A DNA stretch of 32,000 nt from Telmatocola sphagniphila (lineage in GTDB: Bacteria; Planctomycetota; Planctomycetia; Gemmatales; Gemmataceae): NCBI RefSeq assembly GCF_018398935.1, contig NZ_CP074694.1, forward strand, positions 4,110,001-4,142,000, in the 5' to 3' direction. The notes below the pieces were generated by a model. It made no database searches. It had not been told where the DNA came from and saw only the letters and a list, made by a program, of their open reading frames with translations. Position numbers and translations under genes: made by a program. Shown piece by piece: positions 8,629 to 17,505 of the stretch (its first letter is position 1; each line of letters begins with the position of its first letter).

Positions 8629-9648
8629 ATGCGATATGGTTATTGGATGCCGGTATTCGGTGGTTGGCTACGCAACGTCGATGACGAGAAGATGTCTGCG
8701 ACCTGGGAGTATACCAAAAAGCTCGCCCAACGCAGCGAACAGATCGGCTTCGATCTCAGCCTCGTGGCCGAGTTGAATCTGAACGATATTAAAGGAATTC
8801 GCGAGCCGTCGCTGGATGCCTGGTCGACTGCGGCGGCGCTGACCGCCGTTACGGAGCGACTTGAATATATGGTCGCCGTGCGACCGACCTTTCATAACCC
8901 GGCCCTTCTGGCTAAGCAGGCGGCGAACATCGACCACATCGGCGGCGGGGGGCGTCTCTCCCTAAATGTCGTTTCCTCCTGGTGGAAAGATGAAGCCCTC
9001 AAATATGGCGTGGGCTTCGAAGAGCACGACGATCGTTATGCCCGCACGGAAGAGTGGCTGAAAGTTCTGGACACCCTCTGGCAGCGCGACGACTTCAATT
9101 TCTCCGGGAAGTATTACAAGATTCAGGATTCCGTGCTGCAACCCAAGCCGCTCACCAAACCCCGTCCGACGATTTACGCCGGTGGAGAATCGGAAGCGGC
9201 CAAGAATCTCATCGCTCGTACTTGCGATGCGTATGTCATGCATGGTGATCCGCCGGAGCGCATTCAGCTGAAGATCGCAGACATGAATCAGCGCCGCGAA
9301 AAGTTGGGGCTGGGCCTCATGATTTACGGGGTGGCCGGCTACTCCATCGTTCGCGATACCGAAGCGGACGCAAAGAAAGAATTAGCTCGAATCACGGATG
9401 TGAAGCAGTCGGCGGCCGGCTACGATAACTATCAGCAGTGGTTATCCGGCACGCAACTGGAACAAAAGGTTTCGCTGGAAGACTACTCCGTTTCCAATCG
9501 CGGTTTGAGAGCGGGTCTGGTGGGTACGCCGCAGCAGGTGAAGGATCAAATTGGTCGGTTCGAAGCGGCGGGAGTGAATCTGCTATTGCTCCAATGCAGT
9601 CCGCAACTCGAAGAAATGGAACGATTCGCGGATTCGGTAATTCATTAA
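8629..9648 (+). CDS. LLM-class (luciferase-like) flavin-dependent monooxygenase, SfnG/RutA-like subgroup
   Basis: Start chosen at MRYGYWMPVFGGW (ATG 8629), 19 bp after the ATP-grasp stop. GGRLSLNVVSSWWKDE, HDDRYARTEEWLKVLDTLWQRDDFNFSGKYYKIQDSVLQPKPLTKPRPTIYAGG and GLVGTPQQVKDQIGRFEAAGVNLLLL closely parallel what I recall of dimethylsulfone monooxygenase-type LLM enzymes. Confidence 0.8.
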   Translation: MRYGYWMPVFGGWLRNVDDEKMSATWEYTKKLAQRSEQIGFDLSLVAELNLNDIKGIREPSLDAWSTAAALTAVTERLEYMVAVRPTFHNPALLAKQAANIDHIGGGGRLSLNVVSSWWKDEALKYGVGFEEHDDRYARTEEWLKVLDTLWQRDDFNFSGKYYKIQDSVLQPKPLTKPRPTIYAGGESEAAKNLIARTCDAYVMHGDPPERIQLKIADMNQRREKLGLGLMIYGVAGYSIVRDTEADAKKELARITDVKQSAAGYDNYQQWLSGTQLEQKVSLEDYSVSNRGLRAGLVGTPQQVKDQIGRFEAAGVNLLLLQCSPQLEEMERFADSVIH

Positions 9649-9672
9649 CGAATTGACGAAGAAGGGATTCAA

Positions 9673-10833
9673 ATGAGCCGGGAAAACCTCGAACAAGGAT
9701 TTTCGACTAAGGCGATTCACGCCGGGCAACCGGCCGATCCGGCCACGGGAGCCACCGTGGTGCCGATCTACGCCACTTCAACTTATACGCAAGCGGCCCC
9801 CGGTGAGCATAAAGGATACGAGTACTCCCGGAGTGGCAATCCCACGCGAACGGCACTTGAAACCTGTCTGGCGGCCCTGGAATCCGGCGAACGAGGACTC
9901 GCATTTGCCTCCGGTCTGGCGGCCACTAATGCGGTACTGGCGGCCTGTTTGAAACCGGGCGATGAAGTGGTCGCGGCGGCCGACCTCTACGGAGGGACCT
10001 TCCGACTACTGGAGCGAGTTTTCAAACCCTGGGGGATTTCCGCCCACTATACCGATGATGCCTCCGCGGAAGGCTTCGCCAAGATCATTACACCGAAGAC
10101 GAAGTTGGTCTGGATCGAAACGCCCACCAATCCGTTGTTGCAAATCCTGGATATCGAATCTCTAGCCGAGTTGGCCCATAAAAACGGCGCCCTGCTGGTC
10201 GTGGACAACACCTTCGCTTCCCCCTATTTGCAACAGCCGATCAAGTTGGGAGCCGATATCGTCGTCCACAGCACGACGAAATATCTCGGCGGTCACTCCG
10301 ATGTGGTGGGGGGAGCAATCGTCACGCGGGAAGATCTAGTTCAGCCAATCAAATTTTACCAGAACGCTGCCGGCGGAGTGCCCGGTCCGTTCGATTCCTA
10401 CCTGACTCTTCGCGGCATGAAGACACTCGCTGTACGTATGGACCGGCATTGCCAGAATGCTCGCGAGTTGGCGGACTGGTTGACGAAACATCCCTCCGTT
10501 GAGAAGGTTTATTTTCCCGGACTCAAGAGTCATCCCGGTTTCGAGGTGGCTCGAAAACAGATGCGTGATTTCGGAGGTATGATTTCGCTTCGTCTCAAAG
10601 GGGGCGCGACCGCAGCTCATAATTTTCTCACGCGAACGCACCTCTTCAGCCTGGCGGAGAGCCTCGGAGGCGTGGAATCGCTCGTCAATCATCCGGCGAA
10701 GATGACGCACGCCAGCATTCCTCGGGAAATACGGGAAGCTCGGGGCGTGGATGATGCCCTGATACGATTGAGTGTGGGAATCGAGGATGTAGCGGATTTG
10801 AAGGAAGATTTGCGGTATGCGCTGGAGAGCTAG
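9673..10833 (+). CDS. Cys/Met-metabolism PLP-dependent enzyme (cystathionine gamma-synthase / gamma-lyase type)
   Basis: PLP-lysine motif VVHSTTKYLGGHSDVVGG, N-terminal YSRSGNPT, C-terminal LAESLGGVESL..HPA.MTHA and IRLSVGIED. 386 aa. Confidence 0.9.
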   Translation: MSRENLEQGFSTKAIHAGQPADPATGATVVPIYATSTYTQAAPGEHKGYEYSRSGNPTRTALETCLAALESGERGLAFASGLAATNAVLAACLKPGDEVVAAADLYGGTFRLLERVFKPWGISAHYTDDASAEGFAKIITPKTKLVWIETPTNPLLQILDIESLAELAHKNGALLVVDNTFASPYLQQPIKLGADIVVHSTTKYLGGHSDVVGGAIVTREDLVQPIKFYQNAAGGVPGPFDSYLTLRGMKTLAVRMDRHCQNARELADWLTKHPSVEKVYFPGLKSHPGFEVARKQMRDFGGMISLRLKGGATAAHNFLTRTHLFSLAESLGGVESLVNHPAKMTHASIPREIREARGVDDALIRLSVGIEDVADLKEDLRYALES

Positions 10834-10932
10834 TAGTGTTCCGATGCCGGGATAAATTTAAAAAATTAGCTCAATATCTCAATCGTTAGAGCGAATAAAC
10901 TCGAATCGGATATTCCCCAGAGGACCTCCCTG

Positions 10933-11637
10933 ATGCGTATTCTTTTGACCTCCGTGCTTATCGCCTCGATTTTCGCCAGCGGGTGCGGTCGCTTGATCGT
11001 CGGCGTTGTGGGTAACGGGGTGAGCAAGACGGAAAAGCGGGATATCAGCAGCTTCACCGAACTTAAAGTGGATACCCCTTGTCTCGTCGAAGTGGTCGAA
11101 GGGGAAAAACCCACTCTGGAAATCACCGCTGATGAAAATCTGCTGCCGCTGTTATCGACCTCGGTCAATGGTAAGCAACTCCAAATTAGCGCAACGGATT
11201 CTTACAGTACCTCTCAGAAGATCAAAGTCAAAATTACGGTGAAAGATCTGCAAAAGGTTGAAGCCGGCTCCGCCAGCGAGGTGAAAATTGAAAACGCCAC
11301 CGCGAAAGAATTCGTGATGCGCCTCTCCGAAGCCAGCCAGGGAAGTTGGTCGGGCACAGCCGACAAGATAACTTATTCCGGAGATAGTGCCTCGACCGGA
11401 ACGCTTAAAGGCAAAGCACTTGAACTCGTAGCCAATTGCCAGAGTGCTAGTAAGCTCCACGCTTTCGAACTCGAAGCGGTCAGCGTGAAAGCGATTAGTA
11501 AAGAGGCCAGTTCCATGGAAGTGAGCCCCAAGACGAGTCTGGAAGCTTCCGCGCACTCGGCCAGTAAAGTTCGTTACCACGGCTCGCCGGAAAGCGTGAA
11601 AAAAGATATCCAGTCTGCTGGCTCGATTGACAATTAG
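10933..11637 (+). CDS. Lipoprotein with DUF2807 / head-GIN (putative adhesin head) domain
   Basis: Lipobox LIASIFASGCG. G.GV...EKRDISSFTELKVDTPCLVEVVEGEKPTLEITADENLLPLLSTSVNGKQLQI is the characteristic start of DUF2807-type beta-solenoid proteins. Confidence 0.65.
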   Translation: MRILLTSVLIASIFASGCGRLIVGVVGNGVSKTEKRDISSFTELKVDTPCLVEVVEGEKPTLEITADENLLPLLSTSVNGKQLQISATDSYSTSQKIKVKITVKDLQKVEAGSASEVKIENATAKEFVMRLSEASQGSWSGTADKITYSGDSASTGTLKGKALELVANCQSASKLHAFELEAVSVKAISKEASSMEVSPKTSLEASAHSASKVRYHGSPESVKKDIQSAGSIDN

Positions 11638-11667
11638 CCGGAGTTGGTTGGACAAAATAGGGTTACT

Positions 11668-11697
11668 TAGGCAAGGCCCGCATTTCGATCCTATAAT
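11668..11697 (+). promoter_or_regulatory. Candidate sigma70-like promoter giving a near-leaderless CDF transcript
   Basis: Perfect TATAAT at 11692-11697, only 8 nt before the ATG at 11706. Weak -35-like TAGGCA at 11668-11673 with an 18-nt spacer. No Shine-Dalgarno in the 8-nt gap (ccctatct). Confidence 0.25.
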
Positions 11698-11705
11698 CCC
11701 TATCT

Positions 11706-12635
11706 ATGCCAATCGACTACCGTAAACGGGCCATGAGCGCGAGCCTTCTGATTGCAGGCTTAATGCTCATCGGCAAGGTCTTCGCCGCCTATTTGACGGG
11801 TAGCGTGGCGATTCTTTCCGATGCCCTCGAATCGATCATTCACATTGGGGCCACATCCGTGGCCGCCTTCAGTTTATGGTACTCGCGACTGCCCGCGGAT
11901 CGCGACCATCCTTATGGTCATGGGAAGATCGCTTATTTCTCCGCCGGGTTGGAGGGGGCCTTCATTCTGGTTGCCTCCCTGAGCATTTTTACCAGTAGCA
12001 TCCGCGCCTGGATTTTCGGTCAGGAATTGGGTAACCTCAGCACAGGTTTGACAATCATTGTCATTCTGGCCCTGGTGAATCTGCTTCTCGGACTTTATCT
12101 CATCCGCATTGGTCGCCGTGAAAATTCGCTCGTCCTGCTCGCCAACGGCCAACACGCAATCTCCGATATGATCACGAGTTCTGGCGTGGTGCTAGGCATT
12201 TTCCTGGTCTGGGCCACCGGTTTAACCTGGCTCGACCCTTTAGTCGGAATTCTGATAGGAATCAACGTTCTGGTGATGGCGTGGTCCCTAATGCGGCGAG
12301 CGTATGACGGTTTAATGGAACGGGCTGATCCTCAGCAGACGGAGAGAATTCGAGATATCTTGCGAAAAGCGGTGAAAGATAACGTCCTGGTCGATTGGCA
12401 TCAGCTTCGTCATCGAATTGTCGATACAGATCTCTGGATTGAAGTGCACCTGCTGATGGCAAGCGATCAAACACTCCGTGCCGCTCACCACGCCGTAACG
12501 AAACTTGAGGATGAGATTCGAGTGCTCTTCCCGGGTCGTACGGTACGAATCACCACCCATCTCGAACCAGCCGACCATGAGCTGGATCATCCGCCGGGGC
12601 ATCCCGATCACCGGCAGGAAGACGAAATTTTCTAG
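11706..12635 (+). CDS. Cation diffusion facilitator (CDF) family metal efflux transporter
   Basis: Six predicted TM segments. SDALESIIH in TM2, HPYGHGKIAYF, HAISDMITS in TM5. C-terminal cytoplasmic domain, then a His-rich tail HELDHPPGHPDH. Confidence 0.9.
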   Translation: MPIDYRKRAMSASLLIAGLMLIGKVFAAYLTGSVAILSDALESIIHIGATSVAAFSLWYSRLPADRDHPYGHGKIAYFSAGLEGAFILVASLSIFTSSIRAWIFGQELGNLSTGLTIIVILALVNLLLGLYLIRIGRRENSLVLLANGQHAISDMITSSGVVLGIFLVWATGLTWLDPLVGILIGINVLVMAWSLMRRAYDGLMERADPQQTERIRDILRKAVKDNVLVDWHQLRHRIVDTDLWIEVHLLMASDQTLRAAHHAVTKLEDEIRVLFPGRTVRITTHLEPADHELDHPPGHPDHRQEDEIF

Positions 12636-12642
12636 CGAGCCA

Positions 12643-14187
12643 TTACAGCTCGTGTTCCGATCCCAGGTTATACTTGGGTCGACTCTCACCCCATTCGAAA
12701 GTCACTTTCCGGCCGGCCGATTCATTTTGAGATCGCCAGCTATTCAGAAGCTCAATACAAGCATGATCGATGAAACTGACGTTTTGCAGATCGACTTGCA
12801 ACGAAGTGGTTTGCAAGGGAAGATTTTCGAGTGTGGCCGCGAGTTTGGGCAGGGAAAGGAAGGTAGCGGCTCCGTCGAGAATGATTCGAAATTCATTTCC
12901 TTCCATGAGAGTTTTCTCAACGCGCAGGCTCGCGAACTGGTGAAGCAGATGCAGCATCGACAGCACCAGCCCCAGGATAACCCCGACCAGAAGATCCGAG
13001 AAGACGATTGTTAAGGCAGTAACGAAATAGATGACCACCTGAGCCCGGCCAAAAATTCGCAATTCCCAGATCTGGTCGAGATCCACCAGTTTGAAACCGG
13101 TTACTACGAGCACCGCCGCCAGCGAACATTTGGGAATTAGGTTCAACAAATTGGGAAAGCAAACCGCTAGCCCCAGTAGCCAGACACCGTGAAAAATCGC
13201 CGAACATCGGGTACGCGCTCCGGCCTGGACATTTGCGGCGCTGCGAACGATCACCCCGGTCATCGGGAGGGCTCCCAGAAATCCGCAGATCGAATTCCCA
13301 ATTCCCTGCGCCGCTAATTCCTTGTTGTAATTGGTCCGTGGCCCGGAATGCATCTTGTCCACAGCGCCGGCGCAAAGCAGCGTCTCCGCGCTGGCTATCA
13401 AAGCTACGGTCAGTGCTGAAATCCAAGTCACTTTCTGGTAAAGGAAAGGGAGCGAGGCGGAATCGGGCAGGATCACCGCTTTGAAGAGGTTCTGCGGAAC
13501 TTCGATTTTTTGCACCTTCGTCGCGAAGGGAAGTAAGTTAGCCAGCAGAGTTCCAACAATTAACGCCGCCAGGGGAGCGGGTAAAAATTGCAATTTCCCG
13601 GGGGCCAGGCTTTTCCAGGCGAACAACGCGACTATGGTCGCCATACCAATAATGGCCGCGGCGGTATGGCTGTTTTCCGAGTCAAACGAAAAGGCTTTCT
13701 GAAACGACTCCGGCAACATCAGCAGATTGTCCAGTCCGGTCGATTTGGCTTTCACATCGAACATGGCATGAATCTGGCCCAGAACGATGAGTGTCCCGAT
13801 TCCCGCCAGCATGCCGTGAATGACGGCGGGGGAGACGGCCCGAAACCAGCGCCCCCAACTAGCGAAGGCCGCCAGGATCTGAATGAAACCTGCAAGAATG
13901 ATGATAACGCTCAGAGCGGCCGGGCCCAGATCTTTATTCAAGACGACACCGACAACGACCGTGGTCAGACCGGCGGCGGGCCCGGAAACCTGGAGTGGAC
14001 TACCGGAAAAGCAGCCGACGATGATGCCGCCGACTATTCCGGTGATCAAACCGGCAGCCGGCGGCATTTCACAGGCTAAAGCCACTCCCAGGCACAGTGG
14101 CAACGCCACCAAAAAGACGACCACCGATGCCGGCAGGTCACTCTTGAAGGCAAGAACCGGGGGAGAGATTTGGTTTTGCGAGTCCAT
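12643..14187 (-). CDS. SulP-family anion transporter with C-terminal STAS domain (bicarbonate/sulfate type)
   Basis: N-terminal SDLPASVVVFLVALPLCLGVALA, many TM segments, GIGNSICGFLGALPMTGVIVRSAANVQAGARTR. C-terminal STAS-like segment FLSLPKLAATLENL...VSFIDHACIELL. Confidence 0.9.
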   Translation of the reverse strand: MDSQNQISPPVLAFKSDLPASVVVFLVALPLCLGVALACEMPPAAGLITGIVGGIIVGCFSGSPLQVSGPAAGLTTVVVGVVLNKDLGPAALSVIIILAGFIQILAAFASWGRWFRAVSPAVIHGMLAGIGTLIVLGQIHAMFDVKAKSTGLDNLLMLPESFQKAFSFDSENSHTAAAIIGMATIVALFAWKSLAPGKLQFLPAPLAALIVGTLLANLLPFATKVQKIEVPQNLFKAVILPDSASLPFLYQKVTWISALTVALIASAETLLCAGAVDKMHSGPRTNYNKELAAQGIGNSICGFLGALPMTGVIVRSAANVQAGARTRCSAIFHGVWLLGLAVCFPNLLNLIPKCSLAAVLVVTGFKLVDLDQIWELRIFGRAQVVIYFVTALTIVFSDLLVGVILGLVLSMLHLLHQFASLRVEKTLMEGNEFRIILDGAATFLSLPKLAATLENLPLQTTSLQVDLQNVSFIDHACIELLNSWRSQNESAGRKVTFEWGESRPKYNLGSEHEL

Positions 14188-14236
14188 TCAATCCCTTTTT
14201 AAATTGATCCGGAACGTGCGAGTCGTAACTCTCGGA

Positions 14237-14968
14237 TCATGAGATTGATTCTACGGTTTCCAAATCGGGCAGGATTAAATCCAATTGATTATTTGCACCC
14301 AATATCGACGTCGCGACTCGCGATTGCTCCAGTGGCAGAAATCGATCCAGATGGGGTTCGTAGGCCTGAATCTCCCCCGTCTCAATTTCGTAAACCCAGC
14401 CGTGAATATTCAGGATTTCCCGTCGCAATGCCTCCTGAACGCTGTCGTGGGACCGGAGATTTTCCAATTGCGCGAGGACATTCAGATCCACGGCCTGCCT
14501 CCAGAGGTTGGGATCCTCCGGATTCTGGTGCAGCGCTTCGATGCGGGTCCGCGCGGAGGTTCCCGCGCGGTCGAGCCAATTTTTAATCGCCGGCATCGAA
14601 TCGATCGTTTGGGGATGCAACAGACCGTGCACGGCCCCACACTTCGTATGTCCGCAAATGACGATATCGCGGATATTCAAGACGTTGATGGCATAGTCTA
14701 TCGCCGCCGACTCCGCACCCGGCTCGGATTCGTGTTTCGCGGGAATGAGGTTGCCCATGTTGCGAACCACGAAGATTTCACCCGGTTCGGTACGCGTGAT
14801 AATATCGGGCTGAATGCGAGAATCCGAACAGGTAATCAGCATCACCGTGGGCGTTTGACCCTTGCTGAGCTTCCGAAACAATTCTTCCTTCTGGTACCGG
14901 CGATTTTTTTTGAACGACAGAATACCGCGCAGAACATTTTCCATGACTTCACTCTCTACGAATTCCAA
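14237..14968 (-). CDS. Beta-class carbonic anhydrase
   Basis: Zinc ligand motifs ITCSDSR and VICGHTKCGAV, plus VVRNMGNL. It lies directly upstream (49-bp gap) of the SulP gene on the same strand. Confidence 0.9.
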   Translation of the reverse strand: MEFVESEVMENVLRGILSFKKNRRYQKEELFRKLSKGQTPTVMLITCSDSRIQPDIITRTEPGEIFVVRNMGNLIPAKHESEPGAESAAIDYAINVLNIRDIVICGHTKCGAVHGLLHPQTIDSMPAIKNWLDRAGTSARTRIEALHQNPEDPNLWRQAVDLNVLAQLENLRSHDSVQEALRREILNIHGWVYEIETGEIQAYEPHLDRFLPLEQSRVATSILGANNQLDLILPDLETVESIS

Positions 14969-15041
14969 TAATGTGCAGTCTGGCAGCCGCTCGGAAGCAG
15001 ATGCCTACGAAGATTGATCAGGAGAGCAGATGGAAAGAGCT

Positions 15042-15359
15042 TTAACAGCGTAGTGGAATGGGCGCGCCAATCGATCGACGAAGGAGACTACTGGGGAATG
15101 CAACGAACTGGGGCAAAGCGGGGGAAGAGTAATCTTTCGGTCTTTCGAAGAATCGCTTGCGAGGTGGAATTTTGCCGGGAGACTGCCGAATCCAGGAGTG
15201 CAGGCTTTGTTTCTGCGAATCCACCTTATCATCATCATCCTCGCTATAGCGGGAAATGGAATTGGTGAAAGCGCAGCAGGTGATATCCCAGATGGGTGCG
15301 GTCACCCATCCAACGAGTATTAAGAGCAGTATCAGGTTTCGGTTCAGCAAAGTGTTCAC
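15042..15359 (-). CDS. Hypothetical small membrane protein (weak call)
   Basis: 105-aa ORF with an N-terminal hydrophobic segment LILLLILVGWVTAPIW, then an acidic DDDDK stretch. No recognisable family. It is the only sizeable ORF with a plausible TM in an otherwise empty 735-bp gap. Confidence 0.25.
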   Translation of the reverse strand: MNTLLNRNLILLLILVGWVTAPIWDITCCAFTNSISRYSEDDDDKVDSQKQSLHSWIRQSPGKIPPRKRFFERPKDYSSPALPQFVAFPSSLLRRSIGAPIPLRC

Positions 15360-15703
15360 ACTAGTAGTTCGGCTGCCCCAGCTGATTTATTAACTAAATT
15401 TTACAACGAATCGCTTTGATTTTCATTAGGCTTTACCAGTACATAATTGAGAATTCCTATTAAGCCTCGATGAATTCAGGAGCCTTGGGTTCCACTAAGT
15501 GGTCCCGAGCCATAACATAGGACACTTCGGCTCTTTCTCTCCAGTTAAACGACTCAAGAGCTGACAGGAAGTTGCAACTGAAGGGAACGAACTCGGCCAT
15601 CTGGTCGGGCCGGGCGATGCACTTTCGATTTTCCAATGCACTCTCCGAGTGCCTTACCCTTCTTCTGATACGATTACGACCCGTTATGAGGTGACTTGAG
15701 TCG

Positions 15704-17491
15704 ATGGCCGTTCTCTTTCAAATCAAAAAAGCTTATAAGCACTATGGGGAACAAGTGCTGCTCGATGGGGCCGAAGCCACCATCACGGATAATGTCAAAG
15801 TCGGGTTTATCGGACGCAACGGGGCCGGTAAGAGTACCCTGCTGCGCATTCTTCTGGGTGAGGAAGAATTGGATCAGGGCGAAATCGCCCGGCATCCGAA
15901 CCTGAAGCTCGGCTATCTTCGGCAGCACGACCCGTTCCTCCCCAACGAGACCGTCATCGACTTTCTTATGCGCGACAGCGGCCAGCCGAACTGGAAATGC
16001 GGGGAAGTGGCCGGGCAGTTCGAATTGAAGGGGGCCTACCTCGAAGGTCCTGTGGCTAAACTCTCCGGGGGTTGGCAGACGCGCGTGAAACTCGCTGCGC
16101 TACTGTTGCACGAACCCACGCTCCTGATCCTCGACGAACCGACAAACTTCCTCGACTTGCGCACCCAGATTCTGCTTGAACACTTTTTGATCAATTACCG
16201 GGGTGGTTGCCTAATCGTCTCCCACGACCGTGCCTTCCTCGAGACGACATGTACCCACACGCTGAACCTCAGCCGCGGGAAGCTTACCTCCTTTCCGGGC
16301 AAAGTGGAAGCCTTCCTGGAATTTCAGAAAGAACGGCGCGAGCACGAGGAAAAAACGAACGCCGCGATCGCGACCAAACGGAAGCAACTCGAAGAATTTA
16401 TTGCCCGCAACCGAGCGCGGGCCGCGACGGCCGCCCTGGCCCAATCCAAGAGCAAAGCCTTGGAGAAACTCGAACTGATGGAAGTCCTCGGCGATGAACC
16501 GACCGCGCGGATTCGGCCACCGCGCGTCGAGCCGCGTAAAGGCCCGGCACTCCGTTGCCGGGATCTGGCGATCGGGTATCCCGAACGGACGATTGCTACT
16601 GACATTCAGCTGGAACTCGACCATGGTACGCGGGCCGCGATCGTCGGCGACAACGGTCAGGGAAAAACGACTTTTCTGCGAACTCTCGTCGATTCTCTGA
16701 AGCCCGTCTCGGGAGAAGTTCGTTGGGGGTTCGGTTGCAAGATCGGGGTCTACGCCCAGCATGTTTACACCACGCTTCCTGAAAAGCAGACGGTGATCGA
16801 ATATTTGCGCAGTCAGGCGGCCTATGGAAAGAAAGAGCAGGAAATCCTCGAAGTGGCGGGGTCGCTGCTCTTCAAAAAGAAGCAGGTGGAAAAACCTATT
16901 TCTGTGCTGTCCGGGGGCGAAAGAGCCCGCTTGTGTCTCGCGGGGCTTTTGCTCAGCGACTACAACATTTTGATTCTCGACGAACCGGGTAACCACTTGG
17001 ATGTCGATACGATTGATGCGCTGGTGGACGCTCTGCTGGATTATGAGGGAACGGTCATCTTCACCAGCCACGATCGGCATTTTACCGGTAAAGTGGCAAC
17101 CTGCATCGTTGAAGTTCGCGACGGTCGGGTGGTGAATTACAGCGGCAAATATCATAACTATGTCGAAAAAGTGAACGAAGAGATCGCAGCGGGAGAGCGG
17201 GAATTGGCGAACCAGAAGGCCAAGCTCCCGCCCGATGTCATCAAAACTCGAGTGGCGGTGCAGAAACCGCACCGCAGCGAGAAGGAGATTCGCAAGGAAC
17301 TGAAGTCGATCGAGAAAAAGATTGCAGAATTGGATAGTCAGAAGAAAGAACTGAACGCTCAGCTGATGAATACCAGTAATTCGGCCGAAGCCATGCGTTT
17401 GCACAACGAAATCAATGCCATTACCCAGCCGTTGTCGGATGCGGAGGAGCGCTGGTGCGAATTGAACGAGGAAATTCAGGAATATGAATAA
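15704..17491 (+). CDS. ABC-F family ATPase (two ABC domains, no TM domain, C-terminal coiled coil)
   Basis: Walker A GRNGAGKST and GDNGQGKTT. Signature LSGGWQTR and LSGGERAR. Walker B LLILDEPTNFLD and ILILDEPGNHLD. Charged inter-domain linker and a Lys/Glu-rich C-terminal extension. GAGG lies 12 nt upstream of the ATG. Confidence 0.95.
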   Translation: MAVLFQIKKAYKHYGEQVLLDGAEATITDNVKVGFIGRNGAGKSTLLRILLGEEELDQGEIARHPNLKLGYLRQHDPFLPNETVIDFLMRDSGQPNWKCGEVAGQFELKGAYLEGPVAKLSGGWQTRVKLAALLLHEPTLLILDEPTNFLDLRTQILLEHFLINYRGGCLIVSHDRAFLETTCTHTLNLSRGKLTSFPGKVEAFLEFQKERREHEEKTNAAIATKRKQLEEFIARNRARAATAALAQSKSKALEKLELMEVLGDEPTARIRPPRVEPRKGPALRCRDLAIGYPERTIATDIQLELDHGTRAAIVGDNGQGKTTFLRTLVDSLKPVSGEVRWGFGCKIGVYAQHVYTTLPEKQTVIEYLRSQAAYGKKEQEILEVAGSLLFKKKQVEKPISVLSGGERARLCLAGLLLSDYNILILDEPGNHLDVDTIDALVDALLDYEGTVIFTSHDRHFTGKVATCIVEVRDGRVVNYSGKYHNYVEKVNEEIAAGERELANQKAKLPPDVIKTRVAVQKPHRSEKEIRKELKSIEKKIAELDSQKKELNAQLMNTSNSAEAMRLHNEINAITQPLSDAEERWCELNEEIQEYE

Positions 17492-17505
17492 GCCGTTATT
17501 CTTTT
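17486..17505 (+). terminator. Small AU-rich hairpin plus T-run overlapping the ABC-F stop codon (candidate intrinsic terminator)
   Basis: gaataa (17486-17491, contains the TAA stop), gccg loop, ttattc (17496-17501), followed by tttt (17502-17505). The stem is only 6 bp and AT-rich. Confidence 0.3.

Noticed and set aside
12917-14242. Several 83-169-aa ORFs on both strands overlapping the SulP gene
   Set aside because: They are alternative frames of a 514-aa transporter gene with a consistent TM pattern and STAS domain. Their products are low-complexity and Arg/Gly/Pro-rich.
14285-14971. 228-aa plus-strand ORF opposite the carbonic anhydrase gene
   Set aside because: The minus strand carries the CSDSR/HxxCG zinc site. 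The plus-strand ORF is an Arg-rich shadow frame.
15617-15694. Two short upstream ORFs before the ABC-F gene, considered as a ribosome-stalling attenuator like those of antibiotic-resistance ABC-F genes. They are a 25-codon ORF from 15617 and a 10-codon ORF (MHSPSALPFF) from 15636, together with a 6-bp hairpin at 15638-15652.
   Set aside because: The hairpin has only a 3-nt loop, and I could find no competing terminator/antiterminator pair. A GAGG ribosome-binding site for the main ORF is unobstructed. The ABC-F has a normal-length linker and a Uup/YheS-like coiled-coil tail rather than resistance-type features. The uORFs are probably chance.
15360-15703. 344-bp non-coding stretch scanned for tRNA, riboswitch or small RNA
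   Set aside because: I saw only short (5-6 bp) stems. No cloverleaf, known riboswitch core or extended conserved structure was recognisable by eye. This cannot be excluded without covariance-model searches.
16211-17404. 397-aa ORF on the minus strand inside the ABC-F gene
   Set aside because: It is antisense to a gene with two full sets of Walker A, signature and Walker B motifs. Its translation is Arg/Phe/Gln-rich with no motif. This is a typical shadow ORF.
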